A program made the position numbers and the translations under genes. Shown here piece after piece: positions 8,361 to 17,689 of a stretch of 64,000 nt of DNA. Origin of the DNA: Candidatus Aegiribacteria sp. GTDB lineage: Bacteria; Fermentibacterota; Fermentibacteria; Fermentibacterales; JCC-6. Location of the stretch: assembly GCA_023138735.1 (NCBI GenBank), contig JAGLOY010000064.1, positions 15,567 through 79,566 on the forward strand. Direction: 5' to 3'. Within the stretch, counting starts at the first letter, position 1; each line of letters starts with the position of its first letter. The notes under the pieces are model-generated. The model made no database searches and was not told the origin of the DNA. It was given only the letters and a program-made list of their open reading frames with translations.

Positions 8361-9821
8361 ATGAGGCCGGTATTCAGGTTGCTGAGCGATGAGCTTATCG
8401 AAAGGATTATTTCACAAGCGCGTGACATTCTGTGTGATCTTGGCATGGAAATCCATAATGACGGTGTTCTCTCAATGCTGTCGGATCATGGTGCTTCGGT
8501 TGATTCGGAGAAAATGCATGTGTATTTCACCGCTGACATTATAGATAAAGCTCTTGAAACAGCGCCGGATTCAGTTAAGCTTTTTGATGTAATGGGCAGG
8601 CAGACACACGATCTGACCGATCATAACGTTTACTTTACACCTGGTTCCGCGGCGATCAATATCCTTGATCCGCTTAGCGGTGAGATCAGAAAGCCATTAA
8701 CTGCCGATTACGTGGAGTACGCAAAGCTTGTAAGCAGGCTGGATAACATCGCTTCGCAGAGCACCGCGTTCATACCTTCGGATGTTCACGAGAAGATATC
8801 GGACAGCTACAGGCTGTTCCTCAGCCTCCTGTACTGCGAAAAGCCTGTGGTTACGGGCGCTTTTACGATTGATGCATTCAACGTGATGAAGGATCTGCAG
8901 CTGGCCGTTCGCGGGAGTGCAGATGCGCTAAAGGAGAAACCTCTTACGATTTTCTCCTGCTGCCCGACAGCTCCTCTTAAGTGGAGCGACGTAACCTCTC
9001 AGAATCTGGTCGATTGCGCGAAGCATTTCATACCTGTTGAGTATATCTCGATGCCGCTTTCCGGTTTCATGGCTCCGGTAACCCTGGTCGGAAGCCTCGT
9101 GCAGCATACGGCTGAGACACTGAGCGGTGTTGTGCTGAGCCAGCTGACGCAGCCGGGTACTCCGATCATATACGGCGGTTCACCTGCAGCATTCGATATA
9201 AGGTTCGAGACTACACCCATGGGAGCAGTGGAAACGCAGATGATGGACTGCGCCTACAATGAGATAGGCAAGTATCTGAACCTTCCCACTCAGGCTTACA
9301 TTGCCCTGAGCGACGCGAAGAAGCTGGACGCGCAGGCAGGGCTGGAAACCTCGATGGGCGCGACTCTTGCCGCTCTGGCCGGGATAAACAACATCTCCGG
9401 TCCGGGAATGCTGGATTTTGAAAGCTGCCAGAGCCTTGAAAAGCTGGTGGTTGATAACGAGATATGCGGTATGACCCTGAGGCTTGCACGGGGTATCGAA
9501 CCGAAAGAGGATTTCCCTGCAATACCGATCTTCGAGGAACTTCTGCGGGAGAAACACCTTCTGATCGCGAACCATACAAGGAAGCACCTGAGGGATGAGC
9601 ATTATTTCCCGGGCAGGGTCATCGACCGCGCGAACAGCTCCAGGTGGGAGGAGGAGGGAAGCCTAACCATAGGAGATCGGGCAAAAAGTGAGATCGCAAG
9701 GCTGCAAGGAGAGTACGAACCCTCAGGATTGTCCGGTGATATTCTGGCGGAGATGACCAGGCTGATGAGGGCGGAAGCGGCAAGGTTCGGGATGGCTAGG
9801 CTCCCGCACGAGGATCTATGA
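8361..9821 (+). CDS. MttB-superfamily quaternary-amine:corrinoid methyltransferase, non-pyrrolysine member (MtgB/MtpB/MtcB-like)
   Basis: It is 486 aa with no in-frame TAG. Typical MttB-family blocks are present (GSPAAFD, LDFESCQSLEKL). It is followed by corrinoid-protein and MetH-module genes. Confidence 0.75.
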   Translation: MRPVFRLLSDELIERIISQARDILCDLGMEIHNDGVLSMLSDHGASVDSEKMHVYFTADIIDKALETAPDSVKLFDVMGRQTHDLTDHNVYFTPGSAAINILDPLSGEIRKPLTADYVEYAKLVSRLDNIASQSTAFIPSDVHEKISDSYRLFLSLLYCEKPVVTGAFTIDAFNVMKDLQLAVRGSADALKEKPLTIFSCCPTAPLKWSDVTSQNLVDCAKHFIPVEYISMPLSGFMAPVTLVGSLVQHTAETLSGVVLSQLTQPGTPIIYGGSPAAFDIRFETTPMGAVETQMMDCAYNEIGKYLNLPTQAYIALSDAKKLDAQAGLETSMGATLAALAGINNISGPGMLDFESCQSLEKLVVDNEICGMTLRLARGIEPKEDFPAIPIFEELLREKHLLIANHTRKHLRDEHYFPGRVIDRANSSRWEEEGSLTIGDRAKSEIARLQGEYEPSGLSGDILAEMTRLMRAEAARFGMARLPHEDL

Positions 9822-10522
9822 GATCGGTAGTTGATTTCGCTCCGGAAGATGTAATTCTCGACCGCGCTGCAATACTGGGCAGCCAGGGCATTCCAGAAGA
9901 AGCTGAATTGACTGAGAATTTCGAACGGATATACGGAGAAGCGATAGAGCTTTTCAAGGAACTTACTGAGCCTGCAGGGATCATATGCGGAATATCGATC
10001 TCAGGTTTCGAGGAAGTGTTCCGGGGAGAAGGGCTGAACGAACCGTCGAATCCTGTAGAGGATATTTACAGGAAAAGCGGTTACCTCTCACTGTTCGCTG
10101 TTACGCTCGGAGCCGTTCTCAGCGAGAAGGTTACGGAACTCTTCGATAGTGGAGATTATGCATCCGGATATATGCTCGATTCTGTCTCCTCTTACGCCGC
10201 GGACAAACTCTCGGATCTTGCCGCACGGAACCTGCAGTTGGAATTGACCGCGAAGGAACCGGCAGAATCCCAATGGAGGGTCCTCAGCTACAGCCCGGGG
10301 TACTGCGGATGGAACATGAGCGGGCAGAAGAAACTTTTTGAAGTTCTTCGTCCGCAGGAGATAGGTATAACATTGAATGAGAGTTATCTCATGAGCCCGA
10401 TTAAGTCCGTATCCGGTGTGCTTATCGCCGGATCCGGGAAAATTCATGAATTTGTGAGTTCGTACCATTTCTGCGACACATGCAGAACTAAATCATGTAT
10501 CGAGAGGATGCGGAATCTGTAA
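9818..10522 (+). CDS. methionine-synthase (MetH) activation-domain-like protein (AdoMet-dependent reactivation module)
   Basis: SYSPGYCGWNMSGQKKLFEVL...ITLNESYLMSPIKSVSGVLIAGSG closely parallels the MetH reactivation-domain core RYSFGYPACP...LFELL...GVTLTESFAMWPAASVSG. It overlaps mttB by ATGA. Confidence 0.65.
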   Translation: MRSVVDFAPEDVILDRAAILGSQGIPEEAELTENFERIYGEAIELFKELTEPAGIICGISISGFEEVFRGEGLNEPSNPVEDIYRKSGYLSLFAVTLGAVLSEKVTELFDSGDYASGYMLDSVSSYAADKLSDLAARNLQLELTAKEPAESQWRVLSYSPGYCGWNMSGQKKLFEVLRPQEIGITLNESYLMSPIKSVSGVLIAGSGKIHEFVSSYHFCDTCRTKSCIERMRNL

Positions 10523-10555
10523 TTTGGTCATTCACTGACACGGCAGGGGATAAAT

Positions 10556-11197
10556 ATGGAACTACTGGAACAGATATCTTTCAATCTGCAGAATGGTCTT
10601 GATGATGTGGTTGCCGCTCTTACAAAAGATGCTATTGAGAAACGGATACCTCCTGGGGAAATACTGAGCGATGGTCTTATCGCGGGTATGAGTATTGTCG
10701 GAGAGAAATTCAAGAATCATGATATTTTTCTTCCCGATGTCCTGCTTGCAGCAAGGGCGATGAACGGTGCCATGGAAATGTTGAAGCCGCTTCTTATCAA
10801 GGAGGGGATTCCGATCCGAGGCAAGGTTGTAATAGGTTCTGTAAAAGATGATCTGCACGATATCGGGAAGAACCTGGTCGCGATTCTCATCAAAGGCGCG
10901 GGTTTCGAGGTTATCGACCTTGGAAACGATGTTCCGGCGGAGAAATTCATCAGCGCAGCCAAAGAAGAGAACGCGCACGTTATCGGAATGTCCGCTCTTC
11001 TCACCACAACCATGCCTGTCATGAAAAAAGTAGTTGACCTGGCAAAGGATGAAGGGCTGTACGGTAAGATCAGGATCATCGTGGGCGGAGCGCCGGTCTC
11101 GAAAGAGTACGCGCTTGAAATAGGTGCTGACGCATACAGTTACGATGGCGCAAATGCCGTTGAAACGGTCGAATCGTTTTTCCCTGTGAACAATTGA
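10556..11197 (+). CDS. corrinoid (cobalamin-binding) protein, MtgC/MtbC-like
   Basis: A B12-binding Rossmann domain is present with DLHDIG (DxHxxG) and SALLTTTM motifs. An N-terminal helical cap domain is also present. Confidence 0.8.
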   Translation: MELLEQISFNLQNGLDDVVAALTKDAIEKRIPPGEILSDGLIAGMSIVGEKFKNHDIFLPDVLLAARAMNGAMEMLKPLLIKEGIPIRGKVVIGSVKDDLHDIGKNLVAILIKGAGFEVIDLGNDVPAEKFISAAKEENAHVIGMSALLTTTMPVMKKVVDLAKDEGLYGKIRIIVGGAPVSKEYALEIGADAYSYDGANAVETVESFFPVNN

Positions 11198-12090
11198 TGA
11201 ACGGTTTTCTTGAACGCCTCCGCAATGGATCAATACTGGTTGCGGACGGAGCCATGGGAACGATGCTGTTCGAACGGGGACTTAAAAGCGGTGAATGCCC
11301 TGAAGCGATTAACCTCACAAGGCCTTCTGTACTTGAGGAAATCGCCCGGCTCTACCTCGATGCCGGAGCCGACATTATCCAGACTAATACTTTTGGCGGA
11401 TCCCCCCTGAAACTTGCCTCTTACTCACTTGAGGAAAAAGCACTTCTAATAAACAGAAATGCCGTTCTGGCAGTGAAGCGAGCTGTTTCGGGCAGGGCGT
11501 ACGTGTCCGGATCGTGCGGACCCTGCGGGAAAATTCTTAAACCCTACGGAGACACCGATCCTGAGGATATCCTCGAGAGTTTTGAAATTCAGATGCAGGC
11601 TTTTTTCGAATCGGGGTGCGATATTATCTGCATCGAGACGATGATGGATTTAAGTGAAATGCTTCTGGCTCTCCGGGCCGCCAAAGAAAGGGCACCGGGA
11701 ATTCCGGTCATGGCGACCATGACTTTTGACGCAACTCCAAAGGGATTTTTCACGATCATGGGCGATACGATCGAGAAAGCGGCCCATTCGCTCGAAGAGG
11801 CCGGAGCGGATGTTATTGGCTCCAACTGCGGGAATGGAATCGAAGACATGATAAGGATCGCAGAAGAGTTCAGAAAGCGAACAACTCTTCCTCTCATAAT
11901 CCAGTCTAATGCTGGGCTTCCTATAATCGAAAACGGTAGACTTACCTATCCGGAATCACCTGAGTTCATGGCTTCGATGGCGAAGAAGCTGGTCGATTCG
12001 GGTGTGTCGATAATTGGAGGCTGCTGCGGAACAGGCCCTGCGCATATCAGGGCTATAAAGAACGCGATCTCGCCAGCGGGACCTCAATGA
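11194..12090 (+). CDS. homocysteine S-methyltransferase domain protein (MetH Hcy-binding module-like, zinc type)
   Basis: It has a C-terminal IIGGCCGTGPAHI zinc-ligand motif and an internal Cys. Its size (298 aa) matches the PF02574-type domain. It overlaps the corrinoid gene by ATGA. Confidence 0.7.
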   Translation: MMNGFLERLRNGSILVADGAMGTMLFERGLKSGECPEAINLTRPSVLEEIARLYLDAGADIIQTNTFGGSPLKLASYSLEEKALLINRNAVLAVKRAVSGRAYVSGSCGPCGKILKPYGDTDPEDILESFEIQMQAFFESGCDIICIETMMDLSEMLLALRAAKERAPGIPVMATMTFDATPKGFFTIMGDTIEKAAHSLEEAGADVIGSNCGNGIEDMIRIAEEFRKRTTLPLIIQSNAGLPIIENGRLTYPESPEFMASMAKKLVDSGVSIIGGCCGTGPAHIRAIKNAISPAGPQ

Positions 12091-13064
12091 TCAGAGTACT
12101 ATTTCAGGGACATTGGGACAGAAAAGGTATCGATTATCTCAGGGAAAACCTGGATCCCTCTGTACAGATTCTTACCGAAGAAAACGGGATGGATGATATT
12201 GAGATACTGATCTCCGGCAGACCGGACGAAGCTCTCCTCGCAAGAATTCCCGGCATCAAGGTCCTTATCATTCCATGGGCGGGGCTGCCTGAATCAACCG
12301 GTGATCTGTTGAAGAAGTATCCTGCAGTACATGTACATAATATTCATCATAACGCTGCTTCAGCATCGGAGATGGCTGTTGCGCTAATGATGGCTGCCGC
12401 AAGGCTGCTTATTCCGGCTGATAGATCACTCCGAAACAATGACTGGAGCTGGAGATACAATCAGGATAGAGCTGTCCTTATTGAAAGGAGCAGAGTTCTG
12501 ATCCTTGGGTACGGTCATGTCGGCAGCCGTGCGGGAGCGGTGTGCAGGGCCATGGGTGCGAAAATTACCGGAATACAGCGCATACCATCGGCACCTTTCT
12601 CGGAAGAAGGTATACCTCTATTCTCCTCTGAGCGGCTTTCCGAACTTCTTGTAAAGACGGATATACTGATAGTAGCACTTCCGCTTACTTCCGATACAAA
12701 GGGCATCATCGGAAAACATGAACTTGATCTGCTTCATGACAGGTCGATTGTGGTGAATGTAGGCAGAGGGCAGCTCATCGATGAGGAATCTCTTTACTAT
12801 CATCTTCGCAATAACCTGATCGGAGCAGCCGGAATTGATGTCTGGTACAATTACCCGTCAGGTAAGGAGACGGTATCTGATACCTCGCCCTCAGAATATC
12901 CTTTCGGAACACTGGATAACATTGTGATGTCACCGCATATGGGAGGCGCATTCAACCATGAGGAACTCGAGAGACAGCGTATGATTCATCTTGCGGAGTT
13001 CCTGAACCTGTATGCCGCCGGTGAACCTTTGCCGAACAGAATAGATCTTGAACAGGGTTATTGA
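12087..13064 (+). CDS. D-isomer-specific 2-hydroxyacid dehydrogenase family protein
   Basis: It has the NAD-binding motif GYGHVGSRAG and the catalytic region VGRGQLIDEESL...MSPHMGG. Confidence 0.7.
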   Translation: MIRVLFQGHWDRKGIDYLRENLDPSVQILTEENGMDDIEILISGRPDEALLARIPGIKVLIIPWAGLPESTGDLLKKYPAVHVHNIHHNAASASEMAVALMMAAARLLIPADRSLRNNDWSWRYNQDRAVLIERSRVLILGYGHVGSRAGAVCRAMGAKITGIQRIPSAPFSEEGIPLFSSERLSELLVKTDILIVALPLTSDTKGIIGKHELDLLHDRSIVVNVGRGQLIDEESLYYHLRNNLIGAAGIDVWYNYPSGKETVSDTSPSEYPFGTLDNIVMSPHMGGAFNHEELERQRMIHLAEFLNLYAAGEPLPNRIDLEQGY

Positions 13065-13152
13065 TCTGATATTGTAAGCCGTATCTTCCACGGATACAAA
13101 GGAGGCCATCATTAAGCCATCACTGGTCAGACTTCTCATTATCGTAGCGATC

Positions 13153-14295
13153 ATGGCCTGTGCCGGGGCAGTCTTCTCATCAGTGATGCCCGATTATCTG
13201 AAGAACCATATCGGCATTGAAGGTGATGTTAGAGGGGCGCTTGAAATCCCGCGTGAGCTTCCTGGATTTCTGCTGGTGTTCATTACGGGGATTCTTGTTT
13301 CCATGCGGAGGCATAATGCGTTCGGAGGCGTATTCCTTATTGGAATAGCGGCTTTTATCGGACTGGCCTTCCTTGTGAAAACTCTCCCGATGTTTATCAT
13401 TTTCATGGTTCTGTGGTCGACAGCGGCCCACGCGTTCATGCCTCTTCGAGATGCCGTGGCTATAGATCTTGCCGGAGTAGACAGGAGAGGCTGGATCCTG
13501 GGGCGAATCGGTGCATTCAGATCCGGAGGCCTGATAATCGGTGCAGCCGCTGTATGGCTGCTGATGGAGCAGCTGAAAGCGGATTTCAGAATAATCTGGA
13601 TATTTGCGGCCGGGATCATGCTTCTCGGAGCGATATTCTCATTCACTCTTCCCGAGAGGAAAGAGAAGAACAGGTCTGTAAAAAAAGTGAAGCGGTTCCT
13701 GTATCGAAAGGAATACAGGCTCTACTATCTGCTGTGTATGCTTTTCGGTGCGAGAAAACAGATATTCCTGACTTTCGCTCCGTGGATGCTGGTAAGCTTA
13801 TTCGCTCAGACCGCGCCTGATCTTGCAGTTGTAATGGGTATCAGCGCGATTCTGGGTCTGTTCATTAAACCATGGTTCGGCAATATGATAGACAGATTCG
13901 GTGAGAGAACGATACTGATGGTCGATGCCGTTCTTATCGTGCTGTTGTGTACAGGGTATGCTGTAGTGCCAAACCTGTTTGGGCCCGGAATCGCACTGCT
14001 TCTTCTGTATTCTTTCTTTATTATGGATGAGCTTCTGTTCAGCCTGGCGATGGCCAGAACCACGTATCTATCGAGTATTGTTCATGACAAGAATGATATG
14101 ATCCCGACTATGGGACTGGGGGGAACACTCGATCATGCCGTCTCGATGATAGTTCCGCTGATAGGCGGAATCCTCTGGGTAACGATCGCGCCATGGGCCG
14201 TGTTCACGTTCGCAGGGCTTGTTGCCATCGTAACATTTTTCGTTGTTCGCCGCATACCCCGAAAGCTCGAGATGGGTCATCAAACAGCTCACTGA
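13153..14295 (+). CDS. MFS-type transporter
   Basis: Twelve predicted helices with MFS-like spacing are present. The true start may lie upstream (see findings). Confidence 0.55.
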   Translation: MACAGAVFSSVMPDYLKNHIGIEGDVRGALEIPRELPGFLLVFITGILVSMRRHNAFGGVFLIGIAAFIGLAFLVKTLPMFIIFMVLWSTAAHAFMPLRDAVAIDLAGVDRRGWILGRIGAFRSGGLIIGAAAVWLLMEQLKADFRIIWIFAAGIMLLGAIFSFTLPERKEKNRSVKKVKRFLYRKEYRLYYLLCMLFGARKQIFLTFAPWMLVSLFAQTAPDLAVVMGISAILGLFIKPWFGNMIDRFGERTILMVDAVLIVLLCTGYAVVPNLFGPGIALLLLYSFFIMDELLFSLAMARTTYLSSIVHDKNDMIPTMGLGGTLDHAVSMIVPLIGGILWVTIAPWAVFTFAGLVAIVTFFVVRRIPRKLEMGHQTAH

Positions 14296-14592
14296 TTTAC
14301 TCAGGGTTTGCTATATTTCTCATAGTCTTGATATATTCCCTTATGCGACAGTCGCAAGTTCGATCAACGCCGATACTCAATCGGCATCAAGGAAGGAGGT
14401 AGTAATGGTTCAGCGTAACAATAACCGGCAGGGGTGTCGGGCTTACTAGCCGCCTTCTTTCATAAATTCTACATCATAGCAGGTAAGGCAGGAAGACCGC
14501 GTAGCGTCTGAGACGCGCTGTATCCAGAGTGGGTGCCTCTGCCGGTTTTTTCATGAGTTTATATTTATACAAGTGTATTATTTGGAGGTTAT

Positions 14593-17547
14593 ATGAATCC
14601 TGTAATTGTCTATCGTGATTATCGCGATTCCGATGCGGATGGAATTGTCCGCATGTGGAACTCCAGCCTTTCCGGCTGGCCGCCCGGGTTCTTCGGGGCG
14701 TCCGAGATTACCGCTGCCAGCGTAGCGCGGGAGGAAAAAAGCTCTGGAAGGCTATTTACAGTGGTTGCGCTTTCAGAAGATGATGTTGTGGGTTTCTGCA
14801 GAACCAGCCCTTACGGGGGAGAGCCCAGTGCTTCCTATGTAGACATCATAAATGTTGTTCCAGGGATGCATGGAAAGGGAATAGGGAAAGCCCTGCTGCT
14901 GGATGCGGTATCCAGATCTGCTGCTTTAAACTTGAAGCGAATCGATCTGCATACGTGGCCTGCCAACATGAAAGCCGTGCCACTATACAAAAAGACCGGG
15001 TTCTTCTGGGTACCGGAGACGATGGTGTACATGCAGAACTACATGCCTTCTCTGCTGGGAATGAAGGAGTTCCTTGAATTTCTGGAGGGGGAGGACTGGT
15101 ACAGGTGCTTTGAGAGGGCGCTTCTCGTAGAGCAGGATGAGGAGAAGACCAAATCCGGAAGGGAGATCTTCACGTACGATTTCCGCAGGAATGATAAAAA
15201 GTTCACAGCGGAGTTCGATAAGAGCGGGAGGGTGTTGTCACGGATGGAGTACCCCGGTTTCAGCGCCGGATTGACCGTAGATTCCGGCAGGGAATACTTC
15301 GTAGGGAGATCATACAAGGTAACTCTTTCCGGTTCAGGATACGATGCGGAAAATATCAGCGTGAATTGCGGCAGCTCCATCGAGCAGATTGAGACCGCGT
15401 CCGAAACCACTATGGTTACACCGCTGCCGGTGAGGATCGCAAAAACGCCCTACGAACCGGCAGACTGCATCAAAGTAAGTATTGAAAGTCCGAAGCTTGA
15501 ACTGGGTCTTGGTGTGAACGGGGTCCCAGAGGTTGCTCTGTATTCTCCTCCTGTGATGTTCCTGCCGCCTGGGGCCCGGGAACTGGAGTTGGATTTGAAG
15601 GCACTTGCGAAGTTGTCCTCCGTGTCGCTCCGATACGCCGTTGATGGGGGGGAATTCTGTGAAAAACAGATATCCCTGACATCGGGAATCTACCAGAGCT
15701 GCATCGTACCGCTGCTGCAAATGGAACAGGGTATTCATACCCTTTCGGTGCGGCTGGGCGAAGCGGGTTACCTGGAAACCATGATATTTGTTGTGGGCGT
15801 GCATTCCGGTGAGCCGGTTGTGCTGGACACACGGAAAGCTGCAGTGATAGTCGGCAGCGATGTCGCTTTGAGTGTAGCCCGAAAGGGCGCCTCCACAACT
15901 ATATGGAGCCGATCTGAAGGCAATCGCCCGAGGAAACTGGCCCGGTTCTTCATCGATGCAGGACCGCCTGTGGTGTGGAACTCGGACCTGCCGAAGCAGA
16001 CGTACAGCCTGGAACTGGACAAAGGCAAGGTAACGGCGAGGACATCCTGGCCCTCGAGGCAGGGAATGACTCACTGGGTGCAGGTGAGGCTGGACCCCTC
16101 CGGGTACGCTCAGACCATCGCAGGTGTGGAAAACGGTTCCGATGTGGTTCAGAGGGTACTTTTTCGCGGCAGCGGCACTTTCAGCGACGAGTTCATGCCC
16201 AAAAGCGACATGATACCGCTTGCAGACGGCCTTATGGTTGAGCCAAGGATATTCAACCAGGTGCCGGACTGGGGAGAGGATCTTACCAGCTCCGTATCCG
16301 GGTTGACTGCACCATGGACTGGTGTGACCGGATCGGGAATATCGATCATGAACTACTTCCCGGAATGGACCGAGCTGGAGTACGACATGGCGGGCACACC
16401 CGAAGTTGATGTCGCTCCTGGAGAAACTCTGACATCACCACCTTTCCGAGTGCTTTTCGCCGAAGGTGGTGTAGAGAATCTTATGATCAGGGCTTCCGCT
16501 CTGGGATGGAATACAGGTGACTGGAAGAAGAGAACCTCTTTCTTCCTGCACAACCTCGATTCGGTAATGGTGTCAGGTATCGAAGTATCTCTGAGCCATC
16601 CCCTCCATGGAGAGCGGGAAGCCCGGATTGATGCCGGTTCAAAGGAGATCTGTTCCGGAAAAGTACGTCAGGGTGTTTCCGTGTCGGGCAAACTGCCTGG
16701 TGAGGAAGTCGTTAACGTGAGCATGTCGCTTGCGAAGCGGTCAATGGTTATGCCTGTGTTTCTGGTGGGAGCTGCAAAGGTGGTTGATGCCGGTCTCGAT
16801 GATTCCGGTTGTCTCTTCCTGTCCAACGACACGGTACGGGCTCTCATAGATCCTTCCGCATGCGGCCATGTGTACTCACTTGCGCGGAATGGAGGAGTGG
16901 AGTATCTGCTGTCCTCGCACCCGGAACCCTCCGAGTTCTGCTGGGATAAGCCCTGGTTCGGAGGAATACATCCTCGGATCATGGACAACAGGGAGAATCC
17001 CTATCTCCTGCAGAACGAAAAGCCGGAGATAGAGGAGTACACCAGAATCTCAGGCGGTCTGACCGAAAAAGGATGGCGTATGACCTGGCTTATAGATCAC
17101 AAGAAGTACGGTTCGCTGAAGCTGGACTGGAGTGTCGGGCTGCTGCCTTCGGTTCCGGTGCTGAACACCACTCTGGAATACGCTGCTATATCAGGCACCA
17201 ATATGAGTGGAGAACTTGATATCAGGGGATTCATTCAGCCAGGAGGGTCCGTTGACGACGGAGTCCTTACATGCGAGAGCTTCCCCGGCCTTATCCAGGG
17301 TCGCGAACATGCGGGAACCTGGGCCGAGATGGGTAAATGGGCTCGAGTTAGCCGGGAGAAGTGCTTCGTTGAGGCTTACTCCGGCGGGGATGGTGTTTTC
17401 TTCTGTGAGGATTTCAGCAAAGAAGGCTGCCACTTCTCTGTGTTCAGTGATCATGGCCGGAAGAGAACATTCCGAATGACATGGATATTCGGGGCCACGG
17501 AAGCAGATGAGGCCCTGGCCGCGGTTTACAGGGCTCACCGAAAGTAA
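14593..17547 (+). CDS. GNAT N-acetyltransferase domain fused to a large (about 800 aa) uncharacterised domain, cytoplasmic
   Basis: The N-terminal 170 aa contain the GNAT motifs VVGFCRT...GKGIGKALL. No signal peptide is present. The rest has no recognisable motif. Confidence 0.6.
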   Translation: MNPVIVYRDYRDSDADGIVRMWNSSLSGWPPGFFGASEITAASVAREEKSSGRLFTVVALSEDDVVGFCRTSPYGGEPSASYVDIINVVPGMHGKGIGKALLLDAVSRSAALNLKRIDLHTWPANMKAVPLYKKTGFFWVPETMVYMQNYMPSLLGMKEFLEFLEGEDWYRCFERALLVEQDEEKTKSGREIFTYDFRRNDKKFTAEFDKSGRVLSRMEYPGFSAGLTVDSGREYFVGRSYKVTLSGSGYDAENISVNCGSSIEQIETASETTMVTPLPVRIAKTPYEPADCIKVSIESPKLELGLGVNGVPEVALYSPPVMFLPPGARELELDLKALAKLSSVSLRYAVDGGEFCEKQISLTSGIYQSCIVPLLQMEQGIHTLSVRLGEAGYLETMIFVVGVHSGEPVVLDTRKAAVIVGSDVALSVARKGASTTIWSRSEGNRPRKLARFFIDAGPPVVWNSDLPKQTYSLELDKGKVTARTSWPSRQGMTHWVQVRLDPSGYAQTIAGVENGSDVVQRVLFRGSGTFSDEFMPKSDMIPLADGLMVEPRIFNQVPDWGEDLTSSVSGLTAPWTGVTGSGISIMNYFPEWTELEYDMAGTPEVDVAPGETLTSPPFRVLFAEGGVENLMIRASALGWNTGDWKKRTSFFLHNLDSVMVSGIEVSLSHPLHGEREARIDAGSKEICSGKVRQGVSVSGKLPGEEVVNVSMSLAKRSMVMPVFLVGAAKVVDAGLDDSGCLFLSNDTVRALIDPSACGHVYSLARNGGVEYLLSSHPEPSEFCWDKPWFGGIHPRIMDNRENPYLLQNEKPEIEEYTRISGGLTEKGWRMTWLIDHKKYGSLKLDWSVGLLPSVPVLNTTLEYAAISGTNMSGELDIRGFIQPGGSVDDGVLTCESFPGLIQGREHAGTWAEMGKWARVSREKCFVEAYSGGDGVFFCEDFSKEGCHFSVFSDHGRKRTFRMTWIFGATEADEALAAVYRAHRK

Positions 17548-17689
17548 CCGATGGGGACGGGATTTTGTTGTTCCGTGCCCCTTTGGGTTATCCCCTGTTT
17601 CGGGTCCTGCATCTGTGAATTGCTTCCTTCTTGTTTGCAGCTTGCCTGCTTATAGTTGTCATTGAATATTAATAGATGAATATCAATGA

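Noticed and set aside
8361-9821. Pyrrolysine-containing trimethylamine methyltransferase
   Set aside because: The MttB homolog has no in-frame TAG. It belongs to the non-Pyl branch of the superfamily.
14296-14592. Inverted repeat gcgtctgagacgc downstream of the MFS gene as a rho-independent terminator
   Set aside because: The stem is short and is not followed by a T-tract.
15334-16074. 246-aa antisense ORF inside the GNAT-fusion gene
   Set aside because: It is an Arg/Pro/Gln-rich translation with no start context. The sense-strand gene is continuous and well supported.
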